Source of the DNA: Takakia lepidozioides
Taxonomy: Eukaryota > Plantae > Bryophyta
Direction of reading: 5' to 3'
Assembly (NCBI GenBank): GCA_030704615.1
Contig: CM060731.1
Location: forward strand, 87,606,001 to 87,670,000
DNA length: 64,000 bases
Both the position numbers and the translations under genes were made by a program. The notes under the pieces were generated by a model. The model was not told the DNA's origin. It did not search any database and was given only the letters and a program-made list of their open reading frames with translations. Position 1 is the stretch's first letter. Every line of letters begins with the position of its first letter. Positions 12,701 to 23,720 of this stretch are shown in pieces.

Positions 12701-15700
12701 GACCAATTTTAGACCAACATCAAGAATGGAATAATTGTGCGTCATGACCCAAGGGTCTTTAACTCTCAAAGAAAGATAGAATTTACAAACCCAATTCCAT
12801 TCTTTAAGCCCCAATTTTCTTTTGCCCGAAGGCCATCTGAGCTTCTAAGAACTGGGAGGAGATGGATAACAAACAACCAAGGCTGAGATGGAGCATTTTC
12901 CACTAGATAACCAAAATGTACCACTGTTTCCTGAATAAGAAAAAACCGTGGGATTCTATTAGTGAATATATCTATGATCTTTTGGAACTTCCCGACCTAT
13001 AAAGAATTTTCTAGCCTCCTGATCAATATCCAGGAAGATAATAAGCCATTTCCCCCATCCATTAGCAGTACCCTAGGTTCATCATTGTGGAGGCAAAAAT
13101 GATTGGAGTGACGCAAATCGCCGTCGTCTCCCTCCTCTCATGAGTTTGAGAATACTGAAAATATGATGTTGGGGAAGGATTGAACCATTAGGTAAGAGAT
13201 CGCCAAACTCGTTGCCTGTTGTTCACTCTACGAAGCAATATAGAAGGGGGAAATGGCTTAGGTTGAGATCAACGGCCTACACATAGGAATGAGCTGACTA
13301 CAATCCGGAACATCCGTGGGCGAGACCTCCAACCTCTTGCGTTTCGTAATCACCGGTTGCTGCAGACCTAACGAGGGCAATGAGCTCTACTGTTGGTGGG
13401 AAAATCAAGAACAGGGGAGGATGCGTTAGCATGCGGGACTCCATCCCCATCACCAACCGTCTTGGAGAAATCCGAGTCATCTGCCTATGAAACACATCTT
13501 TTGTGCTTGGCGATGGGGCAATCAGACTTCATGTGCTCCTCCCCATTACGTAAAGCCCTATGAGATTTTTTCCTATAGCTTTATGGGGCGGGTTGTAGAG
13601 TAGAATCGGGGGTATTAGGGCGTCACACATGAGCTCCCTCCTGGGCGTGTGAGCTCCCCCGTGAGTGGGAGCTTATGCGTAAGATCCCTGCAACGTGGGG
13701 GAAAAACGTGTAAGGCTCATCCAGCCGCTCATCCATCCTTGGATCGGCATACGCAGGGTGAGGCATTATCCCGCGGGGCTTCCAACACCCTGTAATCCTT
13801 GGGCCCCTCGGGATAATGCCTCACCCTATACAAGCAAAACAAATATTGTGTAAGACCTCTTCCTTAATAGCACCGACAATGTAACAATTGTCCAGAGTGG
13901 GCAATTTGAGAATCACCGCCGATCCCGTACCAATTTTAATAAAACCAAACGCCACTGGACGTGTAAGTTGTTGTCCAAACAAAGGTGGTTATTGCATGTT
14001 GGGCCCACACGGCTAATGCATGCCACAGCCATATGGCCAGTGAACGTGGGTTTTGCATGTGGGACCCACATTGAAAATGCATGCCAAGGCCATGTTGGGG
14101 TCTGCATGCCTAGAACTTGTTGTGAAACATTGACGGTTTCTGTTTGTAGACATGAACAATCTTGCAACTTCTAGTTCTCTTAGAAATTAATAGCCCATGG
14201 TCAAGTATAAGAATTATACTAACGTCTGCTTTAAAAGTGGGATAAATTATAGCTACAATGTCATAGAGCCCTGACAATCATTGTGGACTGTTGTAGACAT
14301 CACATGTTGTATATATTGCAAGTTTATTACTTCAAATATCTCATGATTAAAAAAAACTAAGCATAACATAACGTATTAATATTATAGTGTTAAAAATCAT
14401 ATTACAACTTTTATTTATATTAATTTAATAAGATAATAAGACTTTAACCCCCAAAAACGTAAACACAAATAAATGATATCTAGAGAAGAAATACCAACCT
14501 GTTTTAAACGAGCAGGAGGCCAACTTGGTGGTGCAAATCCTAGCTCTCTCAACTCCACCACTGCAACCTCAAGTTTAATCTTTACATGGTATATTGAATT
14601 ACCCTTTCTTCAAAATATATATATATATTGAATTACAGGTAGTTGAAGACAATGTCGTAGTTTTATCGTTCTCAATGTAATATGTACTATTAATAATTTT
14701 GCCACATCATGCCTTTTTATACTAATGACTCAACTTCCATGCCACAAATCAAACATAACAACATGTTTAATTACAAAAAGGTAAAAATAATTTTCTAATC
14801 AATATAGTTTTATTGATATATCATAATTGCAATAAGACTTATTGTATTGAGCAAAAAATACATACATATGTTCGCACATGCTGCATTGGGATCATCAGCC
14901 TCATTTGGAGTTGAAAAGCTTCGTCCGATAAAGTTAAAAAGCCATGCCACCTATTATTTTATATGCAAATATATATATCTATATATAACAACCAACATTT
15001 AGCCCATTGTAAGGGCACAAGCCGCCTCAATAGTGTTTGTGGGTTTAAGTCACATGTTCAATGTCATAAAGGTGTCCACCTCTCCACCGGAAGGCAATAG
15101 CCCTTCAAGGTGAAGTGACACCATAAGTTACGCTTCAGCACTGCATTAATTATCATTTTTATTATATCTATATTCATGCGGAAGTTCATATTCATCATGT
15201 TGCATATATAACATTATAAATATTTCAATAGATAAAAATTAATACATTTAATCCACATGATATAAGTATCTTATAAGAGAATTATTCTTAAGAGCTATGT
15301 ATGTTCATCTAAATCTTACAAAATTGATGCAAACTTTAAATTGAGTTATATACGTGGCTGTTGTACCAGTTGTACATAACGTTCAATCCATTAGATTAAC
15401 TCACAATGCTAATGAAGTATAGAAATTGCTCATTGCGATTATTTGAAGGCAACGCAAAATAGAATTTGTGTAAACGGGGCCATGGCGGCTTCCTACACAA
15501 ATTACAACAATAATTTGTGAAATAATAACATCTCATTCATTTAGATTATATATATAGTCACAAGGGTGAATTAACATTTCAGTAAAGGCCACAACAACCT
15601 TAAATTATTTATATATGCAGTGACATCCAAAAGATAGCCTAGTAGTTAGGGCATAACACCATTTCATTAGTGGTTGTGGGTTCAAAACTACATGTGTGTG

Positions 15701-16303
15701 TTGGATGTCATAAAAGTGTCCACCTTCCCATCCGAAGGCAGTAGCCCTTCGGGATCATAAGTTACGCTTGCTTCAGCAAGAATTCACACTTACATATGCA
15801 GTGAATTATTGAATTGTATAACGGTGCAAAAATGAATGGTTGATAATGCTGAATGAGTGTGTAACCAATCGATTTAACCCTCCATTCTTCACAAAAAAAT
15901 TGGTACATTGAAATTAAATTGAGTTTATCCCACCTTAGGGGGGAATAGCCATGAGGCAAAGTGGTTCTTAGTTACTCTAGCATCATAGTCTTCTATCTCT
16001 TTATCCCATCTCAAGATGTTTTTGTGTGTTTAAAAAAAAAAAAATGTTATAGTGTTTATCTTATTTTAGAATTAGTTGAACCCCATGAAGGTACGTATAT
16101 GAAATAGTTTACTACTTCTCAATATAAACGGACTTGCCAGTCAATCAATATGTTTGGAATGTCATATGTTGCCTATGAGTCTTAAGATACCAACCTTACT
16201 AGATTCTTAAGATTGAAAATTACCTTGAACAACAAAACCCTTGTTCATAATCAAGTAATTTGAGTTTATCCACTATGAGCTCCATCATCACACTTGCCCT
16301 CAT
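762..16303 (-). CDS. IFT57: Intraflagellar transport protein 57 (IFT57/HIPPI), 14 exons; last exon outside the window, 5' end uncertain
   Basis: GT-AG exons with consistent phases (5'->3'): 16303-16224 MRASVMMELIVDKLKLLDYEQGFCCS; 15492-15405 KPPWPRLHKFYFALPSNNRNEQFLYFISI; 14950-14866 VAWLFNFIGRSFSTPNEADDPNAACANI; 14560-14499 VELRELGFAPPSWPPARLKQ; 4978-4887 GYGDAVCSVVDTLGSLALEAKKFEFLLPNY; 4672-4612; 4305-4205; 3927-3843 DPNKWKLELERIAPQLRISV; 3518-3462 IADGKDWRAHLEQ; 2913-2870; 2749-2671 LDKLESCEKFINVQLEPL; 1871-1824; 1539-1459; 842-762 QLMVEKGNVISDLSPLVQIKSTIQKLK. The motifs match IFT57 in order (DKLKLL.YE, YFALP..EQF, DDPNA, LKxGYG, W.LE.ER..PQL, KDWR.H, S.EK.IN.QLE, D..PLV.IK). Confidence 0.93.
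940..1387. mobile_element. MITE-like element in IFT57 intron
   Basis: ~22-bp imperfect terminal inverted repeats TGTGGCCTCGTCTTAATGAGGC / GCCTCATTACGAGGAGGCCACA; non-coding interior. Confidence 0.55.
2100..2175 (-). mobile_element. tRNA-derived SINE family 2, fragment
   Basis: Reverse complement matches 32886-32945 (TTTGTGCCTT..ATAACC.AGGTGAT.TTGGGTTCAATCCTTCAACAT); B box GGTTCAATCC. Confidence 0.6.
2236..2530 (-). mobile_element. tRNA-derived SINE family 1, long variant
   Basis: Same head (B box GGTTCAAA) and 3' body (CCTTCC..AAGGCAG.AGCCCTT.GGG..GTGACACCATAAATTACGC) as the copies at 11578, 14990, 15622 and 23645/30732, plus ~140 nt of extra central sequence. Confidence 0.7.
3045..3366. 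mobile_element. Degenerate MITE/non-autonomous DNA element
   Basis: GC-richer island in an AT-rich intron with dispersed AAACTCGG/CCGAGTTT motifs and weak terminal inverted similarity. Confidence 0.35.
6292..7056 (+). pseudogene. Degenerate LINE ORF1-like fragment
   Basis: Broken frame with basic N-terminus and LLYFLGR..WV..LYAIVFSSLDEAVKAMKFNPL, resembling the plant L1 ORF1 (DUF4283-type) region. Confidence 0.45.
7760..13700 (-). mobile_element. Degenerate L1-type LINE (ORF1 remnant, endonuclease, RT, zf-RVT) with internally inverted RT core
   Basis: Endonuclease start INSWNIRG (~12120, -); GLDGMxREFFK-like (~10445, -); RT motifs NYRPITL, KGCPL, YANDI on + (9510-10436); LSIVARALVLNQVL (~9460, -); CCSCQGSSESIDHCLIDC (~8200, -). 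Boundaries approximate. Confidence 0.85.
11578..11756 (-). mobile_element. tRNA-derived SINE family 1 inserted in the LINE
   Basis: A box TAGCCCAGTGG, B box GGTTCAAACC; 13-bp TSD CCCAAGAGCATAA at 11565-11577 and 11757-11769. Confidence 0.88.
13755..13827. repeat. Near-perfect hairpin (25-bp stem, 23-nt loop)
   Basis: AGGGTGAGGCATTATCCCGCGGGGC ... GCCCCTCGGGATAATGCCTCACCCT, 24/25 paired. Confidence 0.9.
14990..15140 (+). mobile_element. tRNA-derived SINE family 1
   Basis: Similar to the 11578-11756 copy over head and body. Confidence 0.75.
15622..15778 (+). mobile_element. tRNA-derived SINE family 1
   Basis: A/B boxes and body as in the other copies. Confidence 0.75.
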
Positions 16304-18436
16304 TTCTGACTGTTTATAGCCAAGCCCTCAAAACCCAATATTGTTAACTTTGAAGGGTTTCAAGATCATAATGATTAGTGTCAAATATTTATCTATACCA
16401 TAAATACATAAGATCCTTCAAAAAACTACATCATCACATTGATCGAGCATATTTAAAAATCTACACATTGTACTGCATGACATACATATATGTAGAGACA
16501 TGTTGTATCCACTAAAATATAAAATTGAATATACATATGTTTCGGTACATTAAAATATGCTTTAAATTCTAGAGAATACTTTTTCACATATAAGAGTCAA
16601 GGATATATGCCGTTGTATCACCTTACATTATGCATAAGATTGTAGCTTTATCACTCCAGATGATGTTTAGTTTATTAACCTATGGAGTTTTCATAGTAAA
16701 ACAAACTGAGTTAATAATCTCCTTTAATGGTCAAATACCTCATGTGGGCCGTCATTTGTTTGTGAGACAATGTGATCATTTTAACGTAAGACATGTGAAT
16801 GTTATGTATTTACATAGTCTAAATTATAGTATTGCCCAATTTTTAAATTTAATGAATAATAGTAAATGCCATCCCCTTTTCATTAATATATTTCCAGGGC
16901 CTCAGTCCCCTGTTCTTTAAAAAAAGAAAAAGAAAAAGTCTAACCTCTAATGTCCTAGTTGGAGGGAAAGCCTGTCTTTCGATTGGCATCACAATTTGAT
17001 GAATGGGGAAAATACTAGATACACCCTTCAATTCTCCTATGGAGCTGCCTTCATTGGACTTTTGAGGCCACCATTAGAACCTATTGTAATTATTTCAACA
17101 TGTATTAAACAACAAGTTGACCATAGTTTGTTCATATATAATGCATAATATAATTATTATAATCTTACATCATCTAAATGATAACATGAGATAAGACATG
17201 GGTGTTGATGTATTATTTGAAAGAGTCTAAAATATTTTCCATTATTATTCCATTCCCATCCAATATGTTGACACATCTAAGTTAATTTTTTTCTCCTCTC
17301 ATTGTCACAAATGTTCTAGCTAATTTCACTTCCACCCCTTCACTGATTTTGTTTGGTGTAGGTATCCTTCTCTCATGACACTTCATTGTGTCTAAGCTTG
17401 AGCACCTAAGCCTGACATACCCATCAGTTTAGTTTGGTATGAAGAACAACTGATTCTAACAGTAATATTATTCTTGCTTGGATTAAATGCTGCCATGACC
17501 CGTGGGTTGCAGCTTTTTTTTCAAACCCCTGTAAACTACATCAGGCAGCAACTGTTTATTATTATTATTATTTTTAAGAACAGGGGACAGTGGCCCTGGA
17601 AAATTTTATTAAGTTTATTTGAGGGGAATTTTTTTTATAAAGGTTTGAACCCTGCACCCACTTGAGGATCAACCAACCTTCTTACTGCCAAGCTACACCT
17701 GCTATCTTATTCTGATCTATCAAGAAATCAACTACAAGCTTCAGCCAGCCTCACTGTTCATTCATCCACATTTTTGTTGGCCTTCCTTAGTGGAAACACG
17801 CCTCCTACCCCCACCGATGAACCGTCTTTGATGCTGATTGTTCACAATCCGTTCATCCGTTGTCGTAATGAAGCACATAAGTAATACCCAACGTCATCCA
17901 TCCTCCCTATTCTCTTCATCCGCACATGCCCTTGGCGCATTCATCACTGTTTGCCACATTCATTCCTTCCGACTTCACCTTATCTCCGTCCGTTCATCGT
18001 TTGATAAACCCCTAGGATTTTATTGGCACTTGTTTTCCCCTTACACCTCTTCCGTTTGGGAGTTAGCTGCTTCTCCGGCTCTTTTGCGTTGAGTGCTTGT
18101 ACGAGTATCTCCTGAATGTCCTTATCAGTGCGTGGTGCAAGCGTTGCGGCGTTGTCATTCAGGTTCATCAAATGGTGTGTCTTGTTTCAGAAGGTCAAGA
18201 TACCACCCGCAGTCTCTGAAGTGCGCCCTGCTCCAGTCTCTGGCAATCCCAGTTGTATACATTGGGGATACATTGTCTGGTCATTTGATGGGTCCGCCCA
18301 TGTGTAGATGAAATCAGGGTCATCGCTCAGGTACTCCCCGGAATGAGGATATGGTAGATGTACCTGAACCATACATTCAGAAAACAGTTTGCTTCCAAAC
18401 TTTGCCAGTACGTCACCCTCTCACAGGTCCCGGTCG

Positions 18437-18710
18437 AATATGAGATCAATCGAAATTCATTCGATGGCTCAACGGATGGTTGGCCATCGAAATGATTTTG
18501 GTTCGCTTTGAGACTTGGCCACTATGTTCAATGTGCTATGTAAGAGGCCCCAGAGTAATATGAGATCAATCGAAATTCGTTCAATGGGCCAACGGATGGT
18601 TGCCCATCCAAATGATTTTCGTTCGCTTTGAGACTTGGCCAGTGTGTTCAATGTACCCTCTGATACGTCCCAGTGTAATACGAGATCAATCGAAATTTGT
18701 TCGATTGTCC
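18437..18710. repeat. 120-bp tandem repeat, ~2.3 units
   Basis: AATA(T/C)GAGATCAATCGAAATT recurs at ~18437, 18557 and 18677. Confidence 0.85.
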
Positions 18711-19253
18711 AATGAGGCGTTCACTTGTCATCTGGTTTTTGTTCAATGCGAAAAATAAATCCTGCAATGCGTGCACAGCTATTGCACCCATTGAACGGAT
18801 GTGGTTGAAGCCCCTCTTTTGCCCCCATGAGCTGGAACACGTGTGGAGACACATTAGACGAATAAATCATTTGCCTCCCCATAGACGCGCTCACCCCTCA
18901 AGCCATTCCACAATTTAATTGAATTTAAATTCATTTTTAAGCCAATAAATAGGTTTGCACTGCCTTTCATTGGGGGTTTCTGGCACGTATCGATTTTTTT
19001 TTTTGCTCAATTTTGTTCTGCGGCTTCAAGCATCCCGCCGCTACTCCCCCGCCAAAATTTGGACCAATAAAAAATGCCCCCAAAAAAAAAATGTTCTCTT
19101 CGCTCACTATTGCAAAACTCTCTATGAAGAGTGCATGAAGTTGAACACAAATCAAGTTTGGAGTGCAAAAACAGGGAAGAAACTGTGGTTTTGGGTCCAA
19201 ATGAATTATGTTCGCTCCCAAATTTGGCACGCACGTTGCATATGGCTACATTA

Positions 19254-20432
19254 CAAGAACGAGAGAAATTTGGGGAGTCGGAGCCCGAGGACTTCCCAGA
19301 GGCTCCGCCAGACCAACAGATGTCTCCCATGCCAGCAGTTGGAGCAGTTTGGCGGGACGTTGAAAGACCTGATGAGGACGGCTAATGCCACTTCCACTAA
19401 GGCAAAGTTTAAGGTGAAGCCTAAGGAACCTGACACCTTCGAGGGCATCCGAAATCAGAAGGCACTCAACACTTGGCTCTTGGAGCTGGAGCAGTACTTC
19501 CGGGCGGCCAAGTTGAGTGACGAGGATCGGGTGGAAGTGGCTCCCACCTATTTGAGGGGCTATGCTCAACAATGGTGGCAGAAGCGTCTTCATGACCAAG
19601 GGCCAAACCCAGAAACCTTGAGCTGGAGTGAGTTCAAGGAACTTATGAAAAGACAGTTTGTTCCACTCAACGCATCCTGGCTTGCCCGGGACAAGATGAG
19701 AAACTTGAAGCAAACGGATGACATTCGAGGATATGTTCAGGCTTTCAATGTGCTACTGCTCAAAGTCGCGGATATGGCGGAACCAAAAATGGTCTTCAAT
19801 TTTGTGGCGGGCCTAGCCCCATGGGCCAGGCGAAAGTTGGAGGAGAGGCCACCAAAGACTTTGAACGAGACAATTGAAAGGGCTGAATGTTTCTCGGATG
19901 TCCCTAGGGGCGAAATACAAGGCCGTACGGAGCTGAACCACAAGAAGGCCCGACGGGAGGGTGACTCCTTCCGACCGGAAAAGACGTGGGATATGCCATG
20001 CGTCGACAGTGGCACATGGAAATCGAAGGGAGGGCCTTCACACGTCAAGGCGACACCCGGTGCTCCGAAAGGAAAATGAGGTGTGGCGGCTTATAGCGGA
20101 TAGAAGGCGACCTTTGATGGGGTGTGTTTTAATTGTGGGGTGCCCGGGCACATGGCCAAGAAGTGCGCAAAACCTCGACAATTGAACATGACTCGGGCGA
20201 CCACGGAGCTGTCCGAAGACTCCATCAGCCGCTTGGTGGAGGCGATGGTTGCCAAGACTGGCAAGGTAGGCAACTACTCTTGTGAATTGTATCAGGAGAC
20301 GGGAGCATTGCGTAAAGGGAGTCAGTTAATGTTTGTGAGCGGGAAAATTTCCGGAACTAATGTGTCGTTGTTGGTGGATACAGGAGCGTCGCACTCCTTC
20401 ATGACACCAACAATGGCACGGAAGGTGGGCCT
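19254..20432 (+). mobile_element. Chromovirus family A fragment (gag, zinc knuckle, protease), no LTRs
   Basis: Highly similar to ~24637-25830; CFNCGVPGHMAKKC, LLVDTGASHSF; internal stops. Confidence 0.9.
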
Positions 20433-20599
20433 AAGGCAGTTTTCCAACACTATGGCTCTTGGAGTGATTTTGACATGTACCAGTAGAGGGGAGAAAGTGG
20501 GGCCCTTAGCACACGAGTTGAAAAGCACTAGTTAAAAAACACTGGCGCTTGATAGGGTGGGGCAAAATTCAGGCTGGGGCGATCATTGATATCCCGGAC

Positions 20600-22270
20600 G
20601 TAGTGTAAAAATGAAGTGCACTCTACCCCTTGAACCTCCTCCACAGGTTTGGGCATGACTTGCACAGCAGGGATTTCCTTGGTTAGACTATGCATCTTTG
20701 ATACTACTGGTTCTCCGACCATGCCAGAGTTTTCATAGAGAAGGTCACCCTTCTCAATTTCTGCCACTACCTGCTCTGTAGTGGAAATGTCCAACCCTTC
20801 TCCTTCCACAACAAGAAGCTCTGGTATGACAACATGTACATTCTGAGTTACCCGTGGGGCAACTGAGTCAACTGGCTGTGATGGCTGTGGTACTGAGGTG
20901 ACTTCTTCCTCCCTCTCCAAAGGTCGTGCTTCCAGCAATAACAGCCCCCTGTGCTGCTGTTCCCCATCATGCACAAGAGCTATGGAAACATCATCTTGTG
21001 GTTTCCTTATAGCTAGTGGATCTGCCACTACCGTCACATCCCGCTTTTGTCTCTTGGACTAGTGTTGCCCCTCCAATCCCCCTTCACCTTGTGAAGAGCT
21101 CTGTTCCTCAATTGCAATTGTGGCTATCTCAAACACTCCCATCTCATTGCGTTCTCGCGCATCAAGCAAACAAGAATCAAGGATAATTTGCGCAATTATT
21201 GGGCCAAACACAATGATCGGGGACTTAGCAGTAGTATTTTGTAACCGCTTCATCTATTCCACTAGACCATTGTACATCAACTCTGCCCAAGCCACATCCT
21301 CTCCCCTCAAGGCTTTCAATACCTCCTCCGTGAAAGATCTGCTAAGGTACTGTTGGTTCTGTTTCATGGCAAACAGAACGTTCAGTATTTGGCCAACTTC
21401 CCTTAACCCTGGGTACTCGGCCTTGGTGCAGGTGTATCCCTGGGTCTTAAAGAAACTTGTTTTTTGGAACAAATCCCCTATCTGCAATCTTGCCCTATGC
21501 TCATCCACATTCACATGGCCCGATGGCAATTCAAACAGTTGCTGCAAGTACTAGGGAGTAATCTCTATATCTACTCCCCTCACCTATGTAACTCCTGTCC
21601 GAGGCTCAACGTTCTGAATGAATTGAATCATGAACCCCCGATGATGCAAGGGCCATTCTTTGCGTAGCAGCCCTTCTAATCCCAACTCCTTCAGCAGCTG
21701 CACTGCCTGTGGTGTAGCAATTGTTTGCTTCTGTAGAATTGTGGTGCTCTTCACCCTGATATCCTCCATTCCCCTAATTCTCTTCATCCCAGACAAACAA
21801 TAAGGCCTTGTTTGGAATAACTGTAGGAAAGCTTGCAGGGCGTAAAGCATGAAAGTATGGTTGGCACAGAAAGGAACGGGTAAGTGAGTGTAAGCCTGTG
21901 GGGCTTGCAAATAGTGAGTGAGAGAGAATGTCCTTTCAACCCGTCCGTCCTTGCGCCATTGCGTAAGCAGTAAAGCTAGCATATAGTCTGTGATATCCGC
22001 CATAGCTACAAAGCTATAGCTTTGATTGCCCCTCCCGTCGAGACGCTGGTTATTCGGAGCAACCCCGACTCTTCCGCTCATAACTTTTCTAATTTCTTGT
22101 TCTTGTTTCTTGGAGGGAACCACTTGCATGAAATTCACGTTCCTGATTGGATGTTGCCTCAACGGGTAACTTCTCAATTTTACCTCCATCTGTTCACATT
22201 CCCACTTGGAATGCCACTAGGACAGCACATGTGGCAAAGGTCCCCCTTTGCTGTACGCGTAAAGGGTTCC
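20600..22270 (-). pseudogene. Degenerate large accessory ORF of a mobile element (plant-mobile-domain/'plant transposon protein'-like segment plus acidic linker)
   Basis: ORF pieces 22189-21584, 21547-21254, 21253-21059 and 21037-20528 are in one frame separated by single stops; LGLEGLL..W..FMIQFI..VRG..IEIT..L..LF.LP and G..V.WA..MY..L motifs. Confidence 0.55.
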
Positions 22271-22329
22271 GTTACCCGCCCCCTGGATGCATTTATGGGC
22301 CCGTAATTAGTTTCGGCTGATGTACCGGG

Positions 22330-23644
22330 TAGGTACTTCAACGGCCCTGTTTGTCTTCTTGCATGATGGCGCTCTCTATCACATTACATGCAATGCGGAG
22401 TGCTTTGCCCCACACTACCAAATCACCCGTCTTGAAAGTTTTTAACGATATTGTCGTCAGCTGCATGAGCAGTGCATCTTTTTGGATTGCTGGTTCCCGA
22501 AGGGATTATATGTGACATGACAGAGGGCAAGTTATAGCCAATAGTTGCAGGCAGTGTTCAATATTGAAGAGAATTCTATGCCCTTTCGGTTCTGCCGATC
22601 TCCTTCTCATTTTACTTGAGGTTGTCTATTTTGAGAGCTTTGATGTTTGGATGAAAATGCATTTTGGCATCAACTTAAATGGATGGCCTGCACTGGTGGG
22701 CATTCAGATTCTAAACGAGCCGGCAAAGAAAAACTACAAGTCCCACAACCCTCTACATGCAGACCCCATAACCCTAATAACATTTTTGAACTTTTAAATT
22801 CTCTAAACAAAAGTCTATGTGTTATGTCGTCCAAGGCATGTTGAATAGAGGTGGAAGTCATTTCATCCATCTATCTTCCACCTGGATGGTCAATGTGCCA
22901 CGCCATATAGTTGCCCCAAATTCCTGTAGGACATCTCACACTAACCTCACACTCCATGACTCATTTCACACTCATGTAAAATGCCCCATATGCATTATCT
23001 TGGTCAACACCCATTGACCGTATGGGTGTCATTCGAGTGTGAAATTTGTAACACCATGTGGGTTTTCCTACAATGGTCCAGATCACACCTTGCCTCCTCT
23101 CACATGGGTGTAAGAGGAGCTGTTCAAAGTGCCAGGTGTGAACTATGGGTGGTGTTGGAAAAACCGGTTTCTGTAGTAGTGGGTAATGGTACAAATTTAA
23201 CCATATCTTCATTTTACCCAATTCATACTATGAAGGTGGTAAAGTAGTGGGCAATTTTTAGCTACTTTTCCGTGAGGTAAACCCCCCTACCTTCCTCGTG
23301 GATGATCAACCTTGAAGGACAGTCAACACGTGTCAATGGGATTGGTCAGGATTGCAATGGGTGCGCAAATACCCGGCTAAGGACATCAGGTTTGGATTAC
23401 AAGGTCGTGTCCTCATGCTGCATGGGGTGGAGCAACTTATTGATGCAGTCCAAATTACGATAGGGCCCAAGGTATACCGCCTTGATTTCCCAAGCTTTTA
23501 TGTCAAGCCGCCCTGATGAATTCATGAAGTCCGCATGTCTATTTTTAAGGTAGAATGTGCTGCTTATGTGGGCAGCAGGGGAACGGAGGCGAAGAGTATA
23601 GGAAACGAACTCGTATTGGTAGAGCTGAGGGACAATGTACAAGA
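22330..23644 (+). pseudogene. Degenerate unknown ORF, 5' part; continues at 30735-30894 after removing insertions
   Basis: CQWDWSGLQWVRKYPAKDIRFGLQGRVLMLHGVEQLIDAVQ...LVELRDNVQ joins in frame to DILHKLCCLGNEHPEY across the SINE TSD. Confidence 0.5.
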
Positions 23645-23720
23645 ATAATATTTTTTTAATATTTGACGCCTCCCAAAAGAAGCGTAAATTATGGTGTCTC
23701 TCCACCCTGAAGGATTACTG

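Noticed and set aside
17640-17702. tRNA genes (also ~1075-1140 and the SINE heads)
   Set aside because: A/B boxes present but no complete cloverleaf; treated as SINE remnants
18955-19253. N-terminal extension of the 374-aa gag ORF
   Set aside because: Chance open frame from unrelated upstream DNA fused to a truncated gag; absent from other copies
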